Notes: a model not told the origin generated them from the letters alone. Shown: positions 29,664-43,476, numbered from the stretch's first letter. The stretch: DNA of 64,000 nucleotides from Eledone cirrhosa (GCA_964016885.1 OZ024750.1:45818001-45882000); one strand, 5' to 3'. Program-made: numbers and translations.

Positions 29664-29777
29664 GAGCAAAATAAGCATTTATAATCAAAAGGGATATTTA
29701 ATTTGTGTTGGTAATTCAACAAATATAAATGTTTATAACTGATTCAAACACGCGACATATTTTCTGGAGCATAATAG

Positions 29778-30177
29778 CATAATACCTAAATATAAGTATG
29801 TATACGTACATACATAAATGTATACAGACGTACAGTAGTATGTATAATATTGACTAATCAGATAAAAAAATTGAGTATAATATTTACTCATCAGATAAAA
29901 GACAAAGTTTGTTTTATAAATATTGACATACCCAGGAATAAGATCTTAACGGTTCAAGTTATTGCTGGATAGTATATATATTCCTACCAGAAATAAGTTG
30001 AACCGTTAAGTTCAAGATCTAATTCCTGGGTATTTCAATTTTTATAAAACAAACTTTGTATTTTATCTGATGAGTAAATATTATACTCAATTTTTTATCT
30101 GATGAGTCAATATTATACATACTACTGTACGTCTTTATACATATATGTATGTACGTATACATACTTATATTTAGGTA
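29778..30177. mobile_element. About 400-bp fold-back related to the 24478 family
   Basis: tacctaaatataagtatg... / ...catacttatatttaggta inverted arms. Contains a duplicated ttttatCTGATGAgt without a downstream GAAA. Confidence 0.65.
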
Positions 30178-30592
30178 TCAGCCGTACTAAGAGTGAGAAA
30201 TGAAATTTCGTTTCATTCTTTTCCATTTATCGTTTTCGGTATGACCGGCCGACTAACTGACTCGATATGCAAATTAGGCTGCTCAGCCGTTAACATGCAT
30301 AAGGAAAGTATATACTTTCAGACGTTCAATCATCTGACAGAAAGGTATACAATGCTGACGATAGCTAATAAGCTTGAAACTAGTTCAGCGTTCCTGTCAG
30401 TGTTGAACAAAAGGGCGACGATGGTTGCCGAGCACTGTACGGCGTAATTCGGGGTGTTTCTTTACAAACAAACCGAACATTATAATAAATGTTCGTTAAA
30501 CCCATACGTATATATATATGTGTGCATGTATGTATATATATATACATACTACCGTGCGTCTGTACACATATATGTATGTACGTATACATACT

Positions 30593-30697
<105 letters not shown>

Positions 30698-30848
30698 CAT
30701 ATATATATATAAACATGCGTATCTACATACATATATATACATATATTACATATATATATATATATATATGTAATATATATATATATATAAACATGCGTTT
30801 CTACATCCATACAGACGCATACAAACTCACACACATACACGCACACAC

Positions 30849-30983
<135 letters not shown>

Positions 30984-31754
30984 CATATACACATAAACAC
31001 TTACATCTACGAATACTAGGGAACATATCACACCGACCACTGACATACACACTGAAATATATTTTTGTGTGTGTATTGATGTGTTAAGAAAAAGGGTGGG
31101 TCATTTGTAAACACCGCTAGGGATGCGGGTATTGCCATGAAAAGAGGGAGGCGGGTTTGAGACCCACTGGGTAGAGTGGGTGGGGAAACAGAGCTGTACA
31201 TACCATTAAAGACATGTTATATGTAAAGGGATAGATTAATGAAGAAATACAAACATAAAGAAACGTTGTGTGTGAGATAACACCCATGGAGTCGAGATGG
31301 TTCTCCCAGGCTTCCCTATTCCCCTTGTTATTGTTATTGTTGTTTTATTGTCGTTTTTGTTATTGTTATTGTTGTTTTTTTTATTATTCAGATTGTTGTT
31401 GTTGTTCGTGTTATTTTTGTTATAATTGGTTTATTTTGTCATTGATGTTTTTATTATTGTTGTTGTTATATTTTTGTTATTATTTATGTCATTATAGCTG
31501 TTGGTATTGTTATTGATGTTTGTTATTATTGGTGTAATTGTTGTTGTTGTTGTTGCTGTTGTTATCCTCATCACTTTTGTTGTGTTTCTAATTATCCATA
31601 CTATTGTTATTGCTATTATTATTGTCTTTTTTGTTTTTTTTAGGTGTCTTTGATAATGACATTTTTAATATATATAAATATACATACATACATAAATATA
31701 TATATATAACATAAACCCACATATATATTCACACGCAGGCATACTTACACACAA

Positions 31755-31857
<103 letters not shown>

Positions 31858-31863
31858 ATATAT

Positions 31864-31904
<41 letters not shown>

Positions 31905-31908
<4 letters not shown>

Positions 31909-32095
31909 AACGAGTAGGACCCCAACGGCTGAGCTCAAGCCGTTACGACGGCTAATTCTGGACTAAATTAGCCCTCGAAACGGCTTGAGCTCAGCCGTCG
32001 GGGTCCTACTCGTTCCTATTACCCACTCTACTACCCTAAGTATTGTGTACTTTGGTGCGTTATGGTCCACCTGGTTCCTTACCACATTTCCTTCG

Positions 32096-32099
<4 letters not shown>
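31905..32099 (+). mobile_element. Family A fold-back element
   Basis: taggaacgagtaggacccc... inverted arm, then GAAA-cggcttgagctcagccg-TC-ggggtcc...ttccttcgtta. Confidence 0.8.
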
Positions 32100-32177
<78 letters not shown>

Positions 32178-32675
32178 TCATTCATTAATACATACAAGCG
32201 TTCATATCGACATATCTGTTTTTACGCCCTGATCCTCTCTAACTTATTAGACTTACGATTAAAGGTGATCGAATCATGTCCGTCTAATTCTTATTTCCGA
32301 AGTAATATTTACAGGGCTATGTTATTAAATCTAGCCTTTAGTTTTTAAAACGCTAGTGAAAATTTGAGAGAAATATGGCTGCCATTTCTAGCATTTATGA
32401 TGTTTTAACTGTTCTTATTAAGTTTGTTTATAAAATTACTGTTGTTTTCATAGTTTACTTGTTTCTGTTAATGTTGTTTTTCAACCTAAAGTGAAAGATG
32501 GAGGTAGGGTGGCCACTGCTCCAACTACTGAGTCTCCAGAGGTTCAAGACAAAAGTGAATGATATATCTGAGTGATATATTTGAGTGATATATTTGAGTG
32601 ATATATTTGAGTGATATATTTGTAATTTATTTATTTATTTGTGTATCTGTTTGTCTTTTATTATTGAATTGGCAG

Positions 32676-33230
32676 AAGGAGGATTGGCAGTATCGGTAGA
32701 AGGTCGGACGCCATGCTTTGCAGCATAGGTACGTCCCTTTACGATCTGAGTTCAAATCCCGCCGAGGTTGACTTTGCCTTTCATCCTTACGGGGGTCGAT
32801 AAAATAAAGTACCAGTAATGCACTGGGTAATTGCTGTCCTTGTGCCTTAAGTAGAAACAATTATTGAATTGGCAGTATCGGTAGAGGGTCGGACGCCATG
32901 CTTTCCAGGATAGTTACGTCCCTTTACGATCTGAGTTCAAATCCCGTCGAGGTTAACATTGCCTTTCATCCTTACGGGAGTCGATAATATAAAGTACCAG
33001 TAATGTACTGGGTAATTGCTGGCCTTGTGCCAAAAGTAGAAACAATTATTAAAGTATCACTCGTTTGAGCGTCGGACAACATGCTTCCTTGTTTAGTGTT
33101 ACGTTCCTTTACGTTATGAGTTCAAAACCCTTCAACGTTAGTTTTGCCTTTCATTCCTACAGGTTCATTTTAATCGACTTTCCCCTCCCAAAAGATTGCT
33201 GGCCTTGTACCTAAATCTGAAACCATTATT
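32676..33230 (+). mobile_element. Head-to-tail cluster of SINE family 1 (two good copies and one diverged)
   Basis: Consensus repeated at about 32680, 32869 and 33052. Confidence 0.8.
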
Positions 33231-34766
33231 TAAGTGTCACCATACAAAAGGGAGAAAGTGTACTTAATAATTTTAACAGGGAATATTGTGAATCATACCG
33301 CCAGGAATCAGATTTTCTTACTGAATGTTCATACAACATGCAAGCTGAAACTCAGAGTAACAGCCATCTGTGTAGAATAGAAACTTTGGAATCTATGTAT
33401 GTATGTACGTATTACTATATATATATATATATATTTACGTATGTATGTATGTGTGTGTACGTGTTTATATGTGTATGTATGCATTTTTGTATGTATGTAT
33501 ATATGCAACCCTGATGGTATCCAATGATGTTGACTTGTTCTTCATTTTGGTAAATATCATCTTGGTTAAGAGAGTGGGACTGACTTTGTGCAGTGCCTTT
33601 GCTCACTATAAAAGCTTCACGGCACATGCATTGCTTTATATCTGGAGATCTCTCTGCACTTGTCGTCACATGGTACTATGGGCCCAGAACTATATGTCAA
33701 TAATTGTCACAAGTGTAGTGTTTGTACCAGAGTTTTCAAGTCACTGGCTGGACTAAAAAGTCACACTCGTTCAGCGCATCGGTAGGGGTTCCCCTACATG
33801 GTTATAAAGTAGTGGCCGTACTCGAAAACGAGTGTCTGTGTGTGTACGTGTGTATATGTGTATGTATGGATTTGTGTATGTATGTATGTATGTATGTATG
33901 TATGTAGATCCTAAAGTTATTGCCGAGATGGGAGAAGAACTGAGAATCCACTCTCTACTAAAATGCCCGAAAAGCTATGCAACAAACGAAGCCACGTTCC
34001 TGGTCTTACCCTGGTGGAGATATTTCAAACTGAGAAGGAAACATGGCAAAGGCGAGTTACTGGTGCTTTAAAGCCAGCTGCTCCGGGAAGACAGGATTCG
34101 TCAGCTTTGTATAGTAGCCTTTCTATGTGATGTGTCACATTAGATTAAAGACCTTAGTAGATGGGGCTCGGTATTCATACGTAAGGCAACCGATCTGTAC
34201 GTGGCAACTCAGAGAAATCTCCCTTGTCGGTGACAAGAAGCATAATATCTCAACTAGGATTGATGGATCCCGAGATGTTTGTACGGCTTTCTTCTAAGAA
34301 ATGTAAAATATGAACTGAAACCTGCAGTTTTCCTGATTACTGATCAACATGCTCTTTTGTTGTTATTAATTAAAGATACGTGTTGATCTGAGTTCAAATG
34401 CCGCCGAGGTTGACTTTGCCTTTCATCCTTACGGGTCGATAAAATAAAGTACCAGTAATGCACTGGATAATTGCTGGCCTTGTGCCTAAAGTAGAAACAA
34501 TTAATTAAACAGACGTGTTGTACAGGCGTGTGTCACCATAACCAATGACGTACAGATGTTTGTTTCCCATCCTCTCTTCTTTCATTCTATCCCTACAGCC
34601 GATGCAGACCAGGATACTGAATTCTGGACCTCATATAGAAATTGGGCCCATTGCTGAAACATTCCCGTTCGAGCGAGACACACTTACTCGACCCAACTTG
34701 CCTCAAATGGGACAAAACCGTCAAATCCATGTTAGCGTGGAAGATGGACGTCAAACAATAATGATG

Positions 34767-34813
<47 letters not shown>

Positions 34814-34986
34814 ATTGAATATAAAAGAGATATAAACACAGATATATACATATATGTGCTTAAATCGTAAGGCACCAGATTCGCTAGGGTGAAAAAAATA
34901 CTAACTATGAACAATAAGGTTTGCCACACTCAATTTTTTTAAAAATCAAGAAAATAAATACAAACTGATATTGGAGCAACTGCCTA

Positions 34987-35065
34987 ACACCCAGACAGCT
35001 TTGGTAATGCTGTTTCGCAATTATAGTGACGGGAATTACCAATTCTTTTGCTCATCAGTGGGTGT
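34987..35065 (-). ncRNA. Canonical type I hammerhead ribozyme motif
   Basis: acaccca-CTGATGA-gcaa...ttgc-GAAA-cagc(attaccaaa)gctg-TC-tgggtgt: 7-bp stem I, 4-bp stem II, monomeric stem III, GUC site. Confidence 0.9.
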
Positions 35066-35393
35066 AAACTTAGTAAACCCTTTACTTCTAAGTATCTCAA
35101 AATACTGAATAGTGTGCGTATATAAACCTAGCCTGTCTCATAAACGGATACTACTAAAAATAGCAACCAATTGTTCTCATCACTCCACATAACGACGTAT
35201 TATCTTCGCTTTTTTCCGTTCATTGCCAGCGAACGTCTTCACGAACCAAAGTGTCGTCATCCTGTTTTCCTTCGGTTGCAACGTTTTTCGAAATATTTAC
35301 TTCTGCATCCACAGACTATTTGCTCTACTATATATATATTATCTTTATCGCGCCCTCTTCGCATTTTAGTCTTCACATTTATTATTATTATTA

Positions 35394-35480
<87 letters not shown>

Positions 35481-35485
<5 letters not shown>

Positions 35486-36533
35486 ATTTAGATATACATA
35501 AAGTCACAGATATATATGTGGCAACCGGTCACGTTGTGGCTCAATGAAGAATTAATAAATTAAATAATCAGAGCAATATATCATAAATCATGTCCTTAGA
35601 ATTATTAGATAAAATATATACCATTTCCTCTCCCAATTAGCATAATTAACCATATAAAAAATCAATTAGAATAAAGGCTCCTATGAAGGGATATTTGATA
35701 AATAACCGAAAGCGGCCTCTTCCCGGTGACCCCAATAGAATATTTACCCAACATTTCAACATGCCGAAACTGTCTAAATATACCCTCAACCATACACAAT
35801 TAGGTTTAAATTTAAACTTAGAAGAAACGTGTACATACCGTAATTACATCTCTACCACGGTTTCGTCCGTATTTTTAGATATCCTACTGTTAAGGATGAA
35901 CCTAGAGTAACAGACTCATCAAGAGACAAACTCAGTTGGACAGTTAATTTTTCCAAAGCGATCACGCCAAAAATAGATTCAAAAATGGCTAAGAATCGTG
36001 ACGTGGCAGTGGTCAAGTTAGAAGGAATGTGATTAGTTGCTTATGGCGGGTAGGCTGGTTGCTAGAAAGCGCAGCCCAATATCGCCCAATTGCATCTCAA
36101 CCCAGCGGGAGATTATTAAATATAAAGATTTACATATACATAAAGTCACACATATATATGTGGCAACCGGTCACGTTGTGGCTCAATGAAGAATTAATAA
36201 ATTAAATAATCAGAGCAATATATCATAAATCATGTCCTTAGAATTATTAGATAAAATATATACCATTTCCGCTCCCAATTAGCATAATTAACCATATAAA
36301 AAATCAATTAGACCAGGCTATAAGAATAACGGTTCCTATGAAGAAATATTTGATAAATAACCGAAAGCGGCCTCTTCGCGGTGACCCCTTTCCGTTATTT
36401 ATCAAATATTTCTTCATAGGAACCTTTATTCTTATAGCCTGGTCTAATTGATTTTTTATATGGATTAATTATGCTAATTGGGAGAGGAAATGGTATATAT
36501 TTCATCTAATAATTCTCAGGACATGATTTATAA
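35481..36533 (-). mobile_element. Partial-tandem plus inverted-arm element (Penelope-like architecture)
   Basis: About 250-bp direct repeat at 35481 and 36123, followed by an inverted arm at about 36390-36533. Hammerhead between the repeats. Confidence 0.8.
35848..35927 (-). ncRNA. Type I hammerhead, U3:G8 variant
   Basis: gtctc-TTGATGA-gtctgt...acggac-GAAA-ccgtgg-TA-gagat. Confidence 0.7.
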
Positions 36534-36549
36534 TATATATATATATATA

Positions 36550-36979
36550 GGATTATCCTAGATGCAGTAATGGTTAATTACTACACTGGATAGAGTTGAC
36601 GTACGGTGAGAGGTTACTCAATGAGTTATGGAAGAATTGTTGAAGAAACTCAGTTCCTGATCCTTCTGTATTCCGGAGTGTAGATAAAGAATGAATAATA
36701 ACAGGTAGACATCATAAAAAGGTAATTTATTCTGTGTGCTTACAAATGTTTCCACGGTGGTTATACAGCCTAGTTATACTATGTGCAAATTTATAACTAT
36801 TTGCAAAACTCAATTATCAAATGCTGTGACCACAATTATCAAATGCTGTGGTCACAGCATTTGATAATTGAGTTTTGCAAATAGTTATAAATTTGCACAT
36901 AGTATAACTAGGCTGTATAACATTTGTAAGCACACAGAATAAATTACCTTTTTATGATGTCCACCTGTTATTATTCATT

Positions 36980-36985
<6 letters not shown>
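36550..36985. mobile_element. Fold-back element
   Basis: Arms ataaagaatgaataataacagg... / ...cctgttattattcattctttat centred at about 36845. Minus strand has GAAA-catttg-TA-agcac, a possible 3' half of an HHR. Confidence 0.65.
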
Positions 36986-37038
<53 letters not shown>

Positions 37039-37040
37039 TA

Positions 37041-37280
37041 AACTAGTAGGTCCCCGACGGCTGAGCACAAGCCGTTTCGACGGCTAATTCTGGACTGCAT
37101 TACCAAAGCTGTCTGGGTGTCTGGGAGTTGCCTCAATTCTAGTCCAGAATTAGCCGTCGAAACGGCTTGAGCTCAGCCGTCGGGGTCCTACTCGTTCCTA
37201 TTACCCACTCTACTGCCTTAATTATTGAGTACATTGGTGCGTTATGGTCCATCTGGTTCCTGACCACATTTCCTTCGTTA
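37041..37280 (+). mobile_element. Longest family A copy, carrying two successive hammerhead 3' halves
   Basis: gcattaccaaagctg-TC-tgggtgt (37097-37120) lies upstream of GAAA-cggcttgagctcagccg-TC-ggggtcc (37159-37188). Confidence 0.75.
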
Positions 37281-37531
37281 TATATATATATATATATATA
37301 TAATAATAAAGATGCTGAGGTTACATATATCGTTTAATCATAATAATTATTTCCACGGTTCTCCATGCAATCGAGATGTCCTTCATGCATTTGCTATTGA
37401 TTAAGAGAACGGTTTTCTCAGATGAAAATCGATACATTTGATATGTGACTGGCAGGAAATTGGAGAACTTTCTGCTTACTCCTGTTTTTACGGAAACAAT
37501 CTTTTCCGAACACACACACATACACACACAT

Positions 37532-37568
<37 letters not shown>

Positions 37569-37881
37569 TACACATATATATATATATGTGTGTGTGGGGG
37601 GGGGGGGTGTATACAGACACACTCACATACATATACAACCTCAGAGATAGTGTGCTGGATATAGATAGATAAATGAACAGATATATATATAAGAAACACA
37701 TGTATGTGTATAAGTGTGTAAGACTGCATCTATGTTGATGATGTGGAGTAAGGTTTGTTGGTTTACATGGAAGTTACCATGAGAAGGCTGGAGTTTGTGA
37801 GAGACAATGAGCAATGGAGGGAGCAGAATGTGAAAGCCAGAATCTAGGTGATCATACGCCTGAAAAACTTACCAAATCCCA

Positions 37882-37920
<39 letters not shown>

Positions 37921-37921
37921 C

Positions 37922-38002
<81 letters not shown>

Positions 38003-38964
38003 AAATTATATATATTTATACACACACACATAACATACAGTTATAAATATATATATATATATATACATGTGTGTGGTGTGTGTATATATATAGATTCGCC
38101 CTCTTACGGGAATAATTAACGGTGATACGCCTAGCCAACGAATGGGTAATGGGCTCCCCTGTGAGGCGGCTAGCGGTGTGGAATGGCAGCAGTCAGTTAG
38201 TGTGCTATATAAAAAAAAAGCCTATAGAATTCATTGCCTTCTCCGATGTCACTCCGCTATAAAAGTATGGAATTATAGGTTCAGAATTATAAACCTGGAG
38301 GAAAATATATATGTAAACACCTCCCTGCCCTAACACTCTCGTTCAGCTTCTCTTTCTCCCATCAACCTCTCCCCCGTTCTTACCATATCGTCGACTCTCA
38401 CCACGACATGCTTATAGCCACCGTCACCGCATCCATTTTGATTCACGACGCCTCCATTTTGTCGCCGCGGCAGCCATTGCAAAATCATTACTAATTCATT
38501 TCCGTCAAAAGTCCTCGCATTAAGAATTATAATAGGAAATTAAAAAGAAATGTAAATCATTATATCTGGTGTGTGCACGCGCGCGCGCGTGTGTGAGTGT
38601 GTGTGTATGTGTGTGTGTGTGTGTGTGGATGTCTTTATGTCTTTATGCCTGTGTGTAACTGTGTGCAGGTTTCTATTCTTTTCTTATCATTTTATATTCT
38701 TTTATTTGTTAAATGTTCTTTATTTCCTTGGTTTTCGAGATGTTTCTTTTCTCACCCGCTTCTTTTCTCATACAATCATCGGTCATCCTCCGTTAAACAA
38801 GCATATCTCACCAGGAATAGGTAAAAAAAAAAAGCCCCAAAAAACACCCAGAAAAACTGCCCCGGAAATTTCTAGTTTCTATAACTTTCGATTGCTATTC
38901 TTTTCACATCTTCTCCTCCCTCTGTTTATTTTTTTCTTCAATTTTGTTTTAGGGACATTGATTT

Positions 38965-39720
38965 ATTCATATATTTATATGTTTATATATCTATATATTT
39001 ATATATTTATATATTTATATGTTTATATATTTATATCTTTATATCTTTATATATTTATATATTTGTATGTTTATATATTTATGTTTATATATTTATATAT
39101 TTAGATATTTAGATATTTATATATGTTTATGTTTATATATTTATATGTTTATATATTTATATCTTTATATATCTATATATTTATATATTTGTATGTTTAT
39201 ATATTTATGTTTATATATTTATATATTTATATATTTATATGTTTATATATTTATATATTTGTATGTTTATATATTTATATCTTTATATATTTATATGTTT
39301 ATATATTTATATCTTTATATATTTATATATTTATATATTTATATATTTATATGTTTTTATATTTATATATTTATATCTTAATATATTTATATATTTATAT
39401 ATTTGTATGTTTATATATTTATATATCTATATATTTTTATGTTTATATATTTATATATTTGTATGTTTATATATTTATATCTTTATATATTTATATATTT
39501 ATATCTTTATATATTTATATATTTATATATTTATATCTTTATATATTTATATATTTATATCTTTATATATTTATATATTTATATATTTATATCTTTATAT
39601 ATTTATATATTTATATATTTATATGTTTATATATTTATATATTTATATATTTATATATTTATATGTTTATATATTTATATATTTATATATTTATATATTT
39701 ATATGTTTATATATTTATTA
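38965..39720. repeat. 8-bp-period AT-rich satellite (ttatatat variants)
   Basis: Visible directly. Confidence 0.9.
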
Positions 39721-39939
39721 TTCATGATTTTTTAAGAATAAATTTCGTAATCCTAGAGTGATAGATAATTAGAACGATGTAATTATTATTAGCGCAAATA
39801 AGGTGTATGTAGATGATGTTGATTATGATGATGATGGTGTTGTTCTTGTTGTTCTTGTTGTTAGTTTTGTTGGTGTTGTTAGTGGTAGGAGTGTTTGTAG
39901 CGTTGCTGTTGGTCATGTTTGCGGTAATGGCTGTGATGG

Positions 39940-42900
39940 TGGTGATGGAGATGGTGTTTGTGATGCTGCTGTTGGTGGTGATGGTGGTGATGGTGGTGAT
40001 GGTGGTGTACCCCGATGGTGATAATGGCAGTGGTTGTAGTTGTGGTGGTGGCGAAGGTGGTGGTAGTGGCGATGGTCGTGAAGATGGTGGAAGTGCCGGT
40101 GGTGGTAGTGGCGGTGGTGACGGTGGTGGTAGTGGCGGTGGTGACGGTGGTGGTAGAGGCGGTGGTGGTGAAGGTGGTGGTAGTGACGGTGGTGGTGAAG
40201 TTGGTGGTAGTGGCGGTGGTGGTAGAGGCGGTGGTGGTGAAGGTGGTGGTAGTGACGGTGGTGGTGAAGTTGGTGGAAGTTCCGGTGGTGGTAGTGGCGG
40301 TGGTAGTGCCGGTGGTGGTAGTGGCGGTGATGATGGTGGTGGTAGTGGCGGTGGTGAAGGTGGTTGTAGTGGTGGTGGTGAAGGTGGTGGTAGTGGCGGT
40401 GGTGAAGGTGGTTGTAGTGGTGGTGGTGAAGGTGGTGGTAGTGGCGGTGATGATGGTGGTGGTAGTGGCGGTGGTGGTGAAGGTGGTGGTAGTGGCGGTG
40501 ATGATGGTGGTGGTAGTGGCGGTGGTGAAGGTGGTTGTAGTGGTGGTGGTGAAGGTGGTGGTAGTGGCGGTGGTGAAGGTGGTTGTAGTGGTGGTGGTGA
40601 AGGTGGTGGTAGTGGCGGTGATGATGGTGGTGGTAGTGGCGGTGGTGGTGAAGGTGGTGGTAGTGGCGGTGATGATGGTGGTGGTAGTGGCGGTGGTGAA
40701 GGTGGTTGTAGTGGCGGTGGTGAAGGTGGTGGTAGTGGTGGTGGTGAAGGTGGTGGTAGTGGCGGTGATGATGGTGGTGGTAGTGGCGGTGATGATGGTG
40801 GTTGTAGTGGTGGTGGTGAAGGTGGTGGTAGTGGTGGTGGTGAAGGTGGTGGTAGTGGCGGTGATGATGGTGGTGGTAGTGGCGGTGGTGAAGGTGGTGG
40901 TAGTGGCGGTGGTGAAGGTGGTTGTAGTGGCGGTGGTGAAGGTGGTGGTAGTGGTGGTGGTGAAGGTGGTGGTAGTGGCGGTGGTGAAGGTGGTGGTAGT
41001 GGCGGTGGTGAAGGTGGTTGTAGTGGCGGTGATGATGGTGGTTGTAGTGGTGGTGGTGAAGGTGGTGGTAGTGGTGGTGGTGAAGGTGGTGGTAGTGGCG
41101 GTGATGATGGTGGTGGTAGTGGCGGTGATGATGGTGGTTGTAGTGGTGGTGGTGAAGGTGGTGGTAGTGGCGGTGGTGAAGGTGGTGGTAGTGGTGGTGG
41201 TGAAGGTGGTGGTAGTGGTGGTGGTGAAGGTGGTGGTAGTGGCGGTGATGATGGTGGTGGTAGTGGCGGTGGTGAAGGTGGTGGTAGTGGTGGTGGTGAA
41301 GGTGGTGGTAGTGGCGGTGGTGAAGGTGGTGGTAGTGGTGGTGGTGAAGGTGGTGGTAGTGGTGGTGATGATGGTGGTGGTAGTGGCGGTGGTGAAGGTG
41401 GTGGTAGTGGTGGTGGTGAAGGTGGTGGTAGTGGTGGTGATGATGGTGGTGGTAGTGGCGGTGGTGAAGGTGGTGGTAGTGGTGGTGGTGAAGGTGGTGG
41501 TAGTGGTGGTGATGATGGTGGTGGTAGTGGTGGTGGTGAAGGTGGTGGTAGTGGCGGTGATGATGGTGGTGGTAGTGGCGGTGGTGAAGGTGGTGGTAGT
41601 GGTGGTGGTGAAGGTGGTGGTAGTGGTGGTGATGATGGTGGTGGTAGTGGCGGTGGTGAAGGTGGTGGTAGTGGTGGTGGTGAAGGTGGTGGTAGTGGCG
41701 GTGATGATGGTGGTGGTAGTGGCGGTGGTGAAGGTGGTGGTAGTGGTGGTGGTGAAGGTGGTGGTAGTGGTGGTGATGATGGTGGTGGTAGTGGTGGTGG
41801 TGAAGGTGGTGGTAGTGGCGGTGATGATGGTGGTGGTAGTGGCGGTGGTGAAGGTGGTGGTAGTGGTGGTGGTGAAGGTGGTGGTAGTGGTGGTGATGAT
41901 GGTGGTGGTAGTGGTGGTGGTGATGGTGGTGGTACTGGTGGTGGTGAAGGTGGTGGTAGTGGCGGTGGTAGTGCCGGTGGTGGTAGTGGCGGTGATGATG
42001 GTGGTGGTAGTGGCGGTGGTGAAGGTGGTTGTAGTGGTGGTGGTGAAGGTGGTGGTAGTGGCGGTGGTGGTGAAGGTGGTGGTAGTGGCGGTGATGATGG
42101 TGGTGGTAGTGGTGGTGGTGAATGTGGTGGTAGTGGTGGTGGTGAAGGTGGTGGTAGTGGTGGTGGTGAAGGTGGTGGTAGTGGTGGTGGTGAAGGTGGT
42201 GGTAGTGGTGGTGGTGAAGGTGGTGGTAGTGGTGGTGATGATGGTGGTGGTAGTGGTGGTGGTGAAGGTGGTGGTAGTGGCGGTGGTGAAGGTGGTGGTA
42301 GTGGTGGTGATGATGGTGGTGGTAGTGGTGGTGGTGAAGGTGGTGGTAGTGGCGGTGATGATGGTGGTGGTAGTGGTGGTGGTGAAGGTGGTGGTAGTGG
42401 CGCTGGTGAAGGTGGTTGTAGTGGTGGTGGTGAAGGTGGTGGTAGTGGCGGTGGTGATGATGGTGGTGGTAGTGGCGGTGGTGGTGAAGGTGGTGGTAGT
42501 GGCGGTGGTGAAGGTGGTTGTAGTGGTGGTGGTGAAGGTGGTGGTAGTGGCGGTGGTGGTGAAGGTGGTGGTAGTGGCGGTGGTGAAGGTGGTTGTAGTG
42601 GTGGTGGTGAAGGTGGTGGTAGTGGCGGTGGTGGTGAAGGTGGTGGTAGTGGCGGTGATGATGGTGGTGGTAGTGGTGGTGGTGAAGGTGGTGGTAGTGG
42701 TGGTGGTGAAGGTGGTGGTAGTGGCGGTGATGATGGTGGTGGTAGTGGTGGTGGTGAATGTGGTGGTAGTGGTGGTGGTGAAGGTGGTGGTAGTGGTGGT
42801 GGTGAAGGTGGTGGTAGTGGTGGTGGTGAAGGTGGTGATAGTGGTGGTGATGATGGTGGTGGTAGTGGTGGTGGTGAAGGTGGTGGTAGTGGCGCTGGTG

Positions 42901-43260
42901 AAGGTGGTTGTAGTGGTGGTGGTGAAGGTGGTGGTAGTGGCGGTGGTGATGATGGTGGTGGTAGTGGCGGTGGTGGTGAAGGTGGTGGTAGTGGCGGTGG
43001 TGAAGGTGGTGGTAGTGGCGGTGGTGAAGGTGGTGGTAGTGGCGGTGGTGAAGGTGGTGGTAGTGGTGGTGGTGAAGGTGGTGGTAGTGGCGGTGGTGGT
43101 GAAGGTGGTGGTGGTGGTGGTGAAAGTGGTGGTAGTGGCGGTGGTGGTGAAGCTGATGGTAGTGGCGGTGGTGGTGAAGGTGGTGGTAGTAGCGGTGGTG
43201 GTGGGGGCGATGGTGGTGAAGGTGGTGGTAGTGGAGGTGGTGGTGAAGGTAGTGGTTGAG
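39940..43260. repeat. GGT-based minisatellite with about 24-bp unit ggtggtggtagtgg(c/t)ggtggtgaa / ...gatgat
   Basis: 3.3 kb of near-pure repeats; produces the 1148-aa Gly-rich and 1094-aa Val-rich ORFs. Confidence 0.9.
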
Positions 43261-43476
43261 TGGTGGCTAGTCGTGGTGATACTGGAAATAAAGATGTAAT
43301 GTATTTACTGTAAAGAATATTAAATCCTCATCAACAAGAAATTAGACCCCATTTAATGACTAAAGATATATAATTAGTTTAATAATTGTACAGACACATA
43401 AGTGTGCTTACACACACACACACACACACACACACAGGCTCGCAAATACACACATACATTTATTTCTCTCTCTCTC

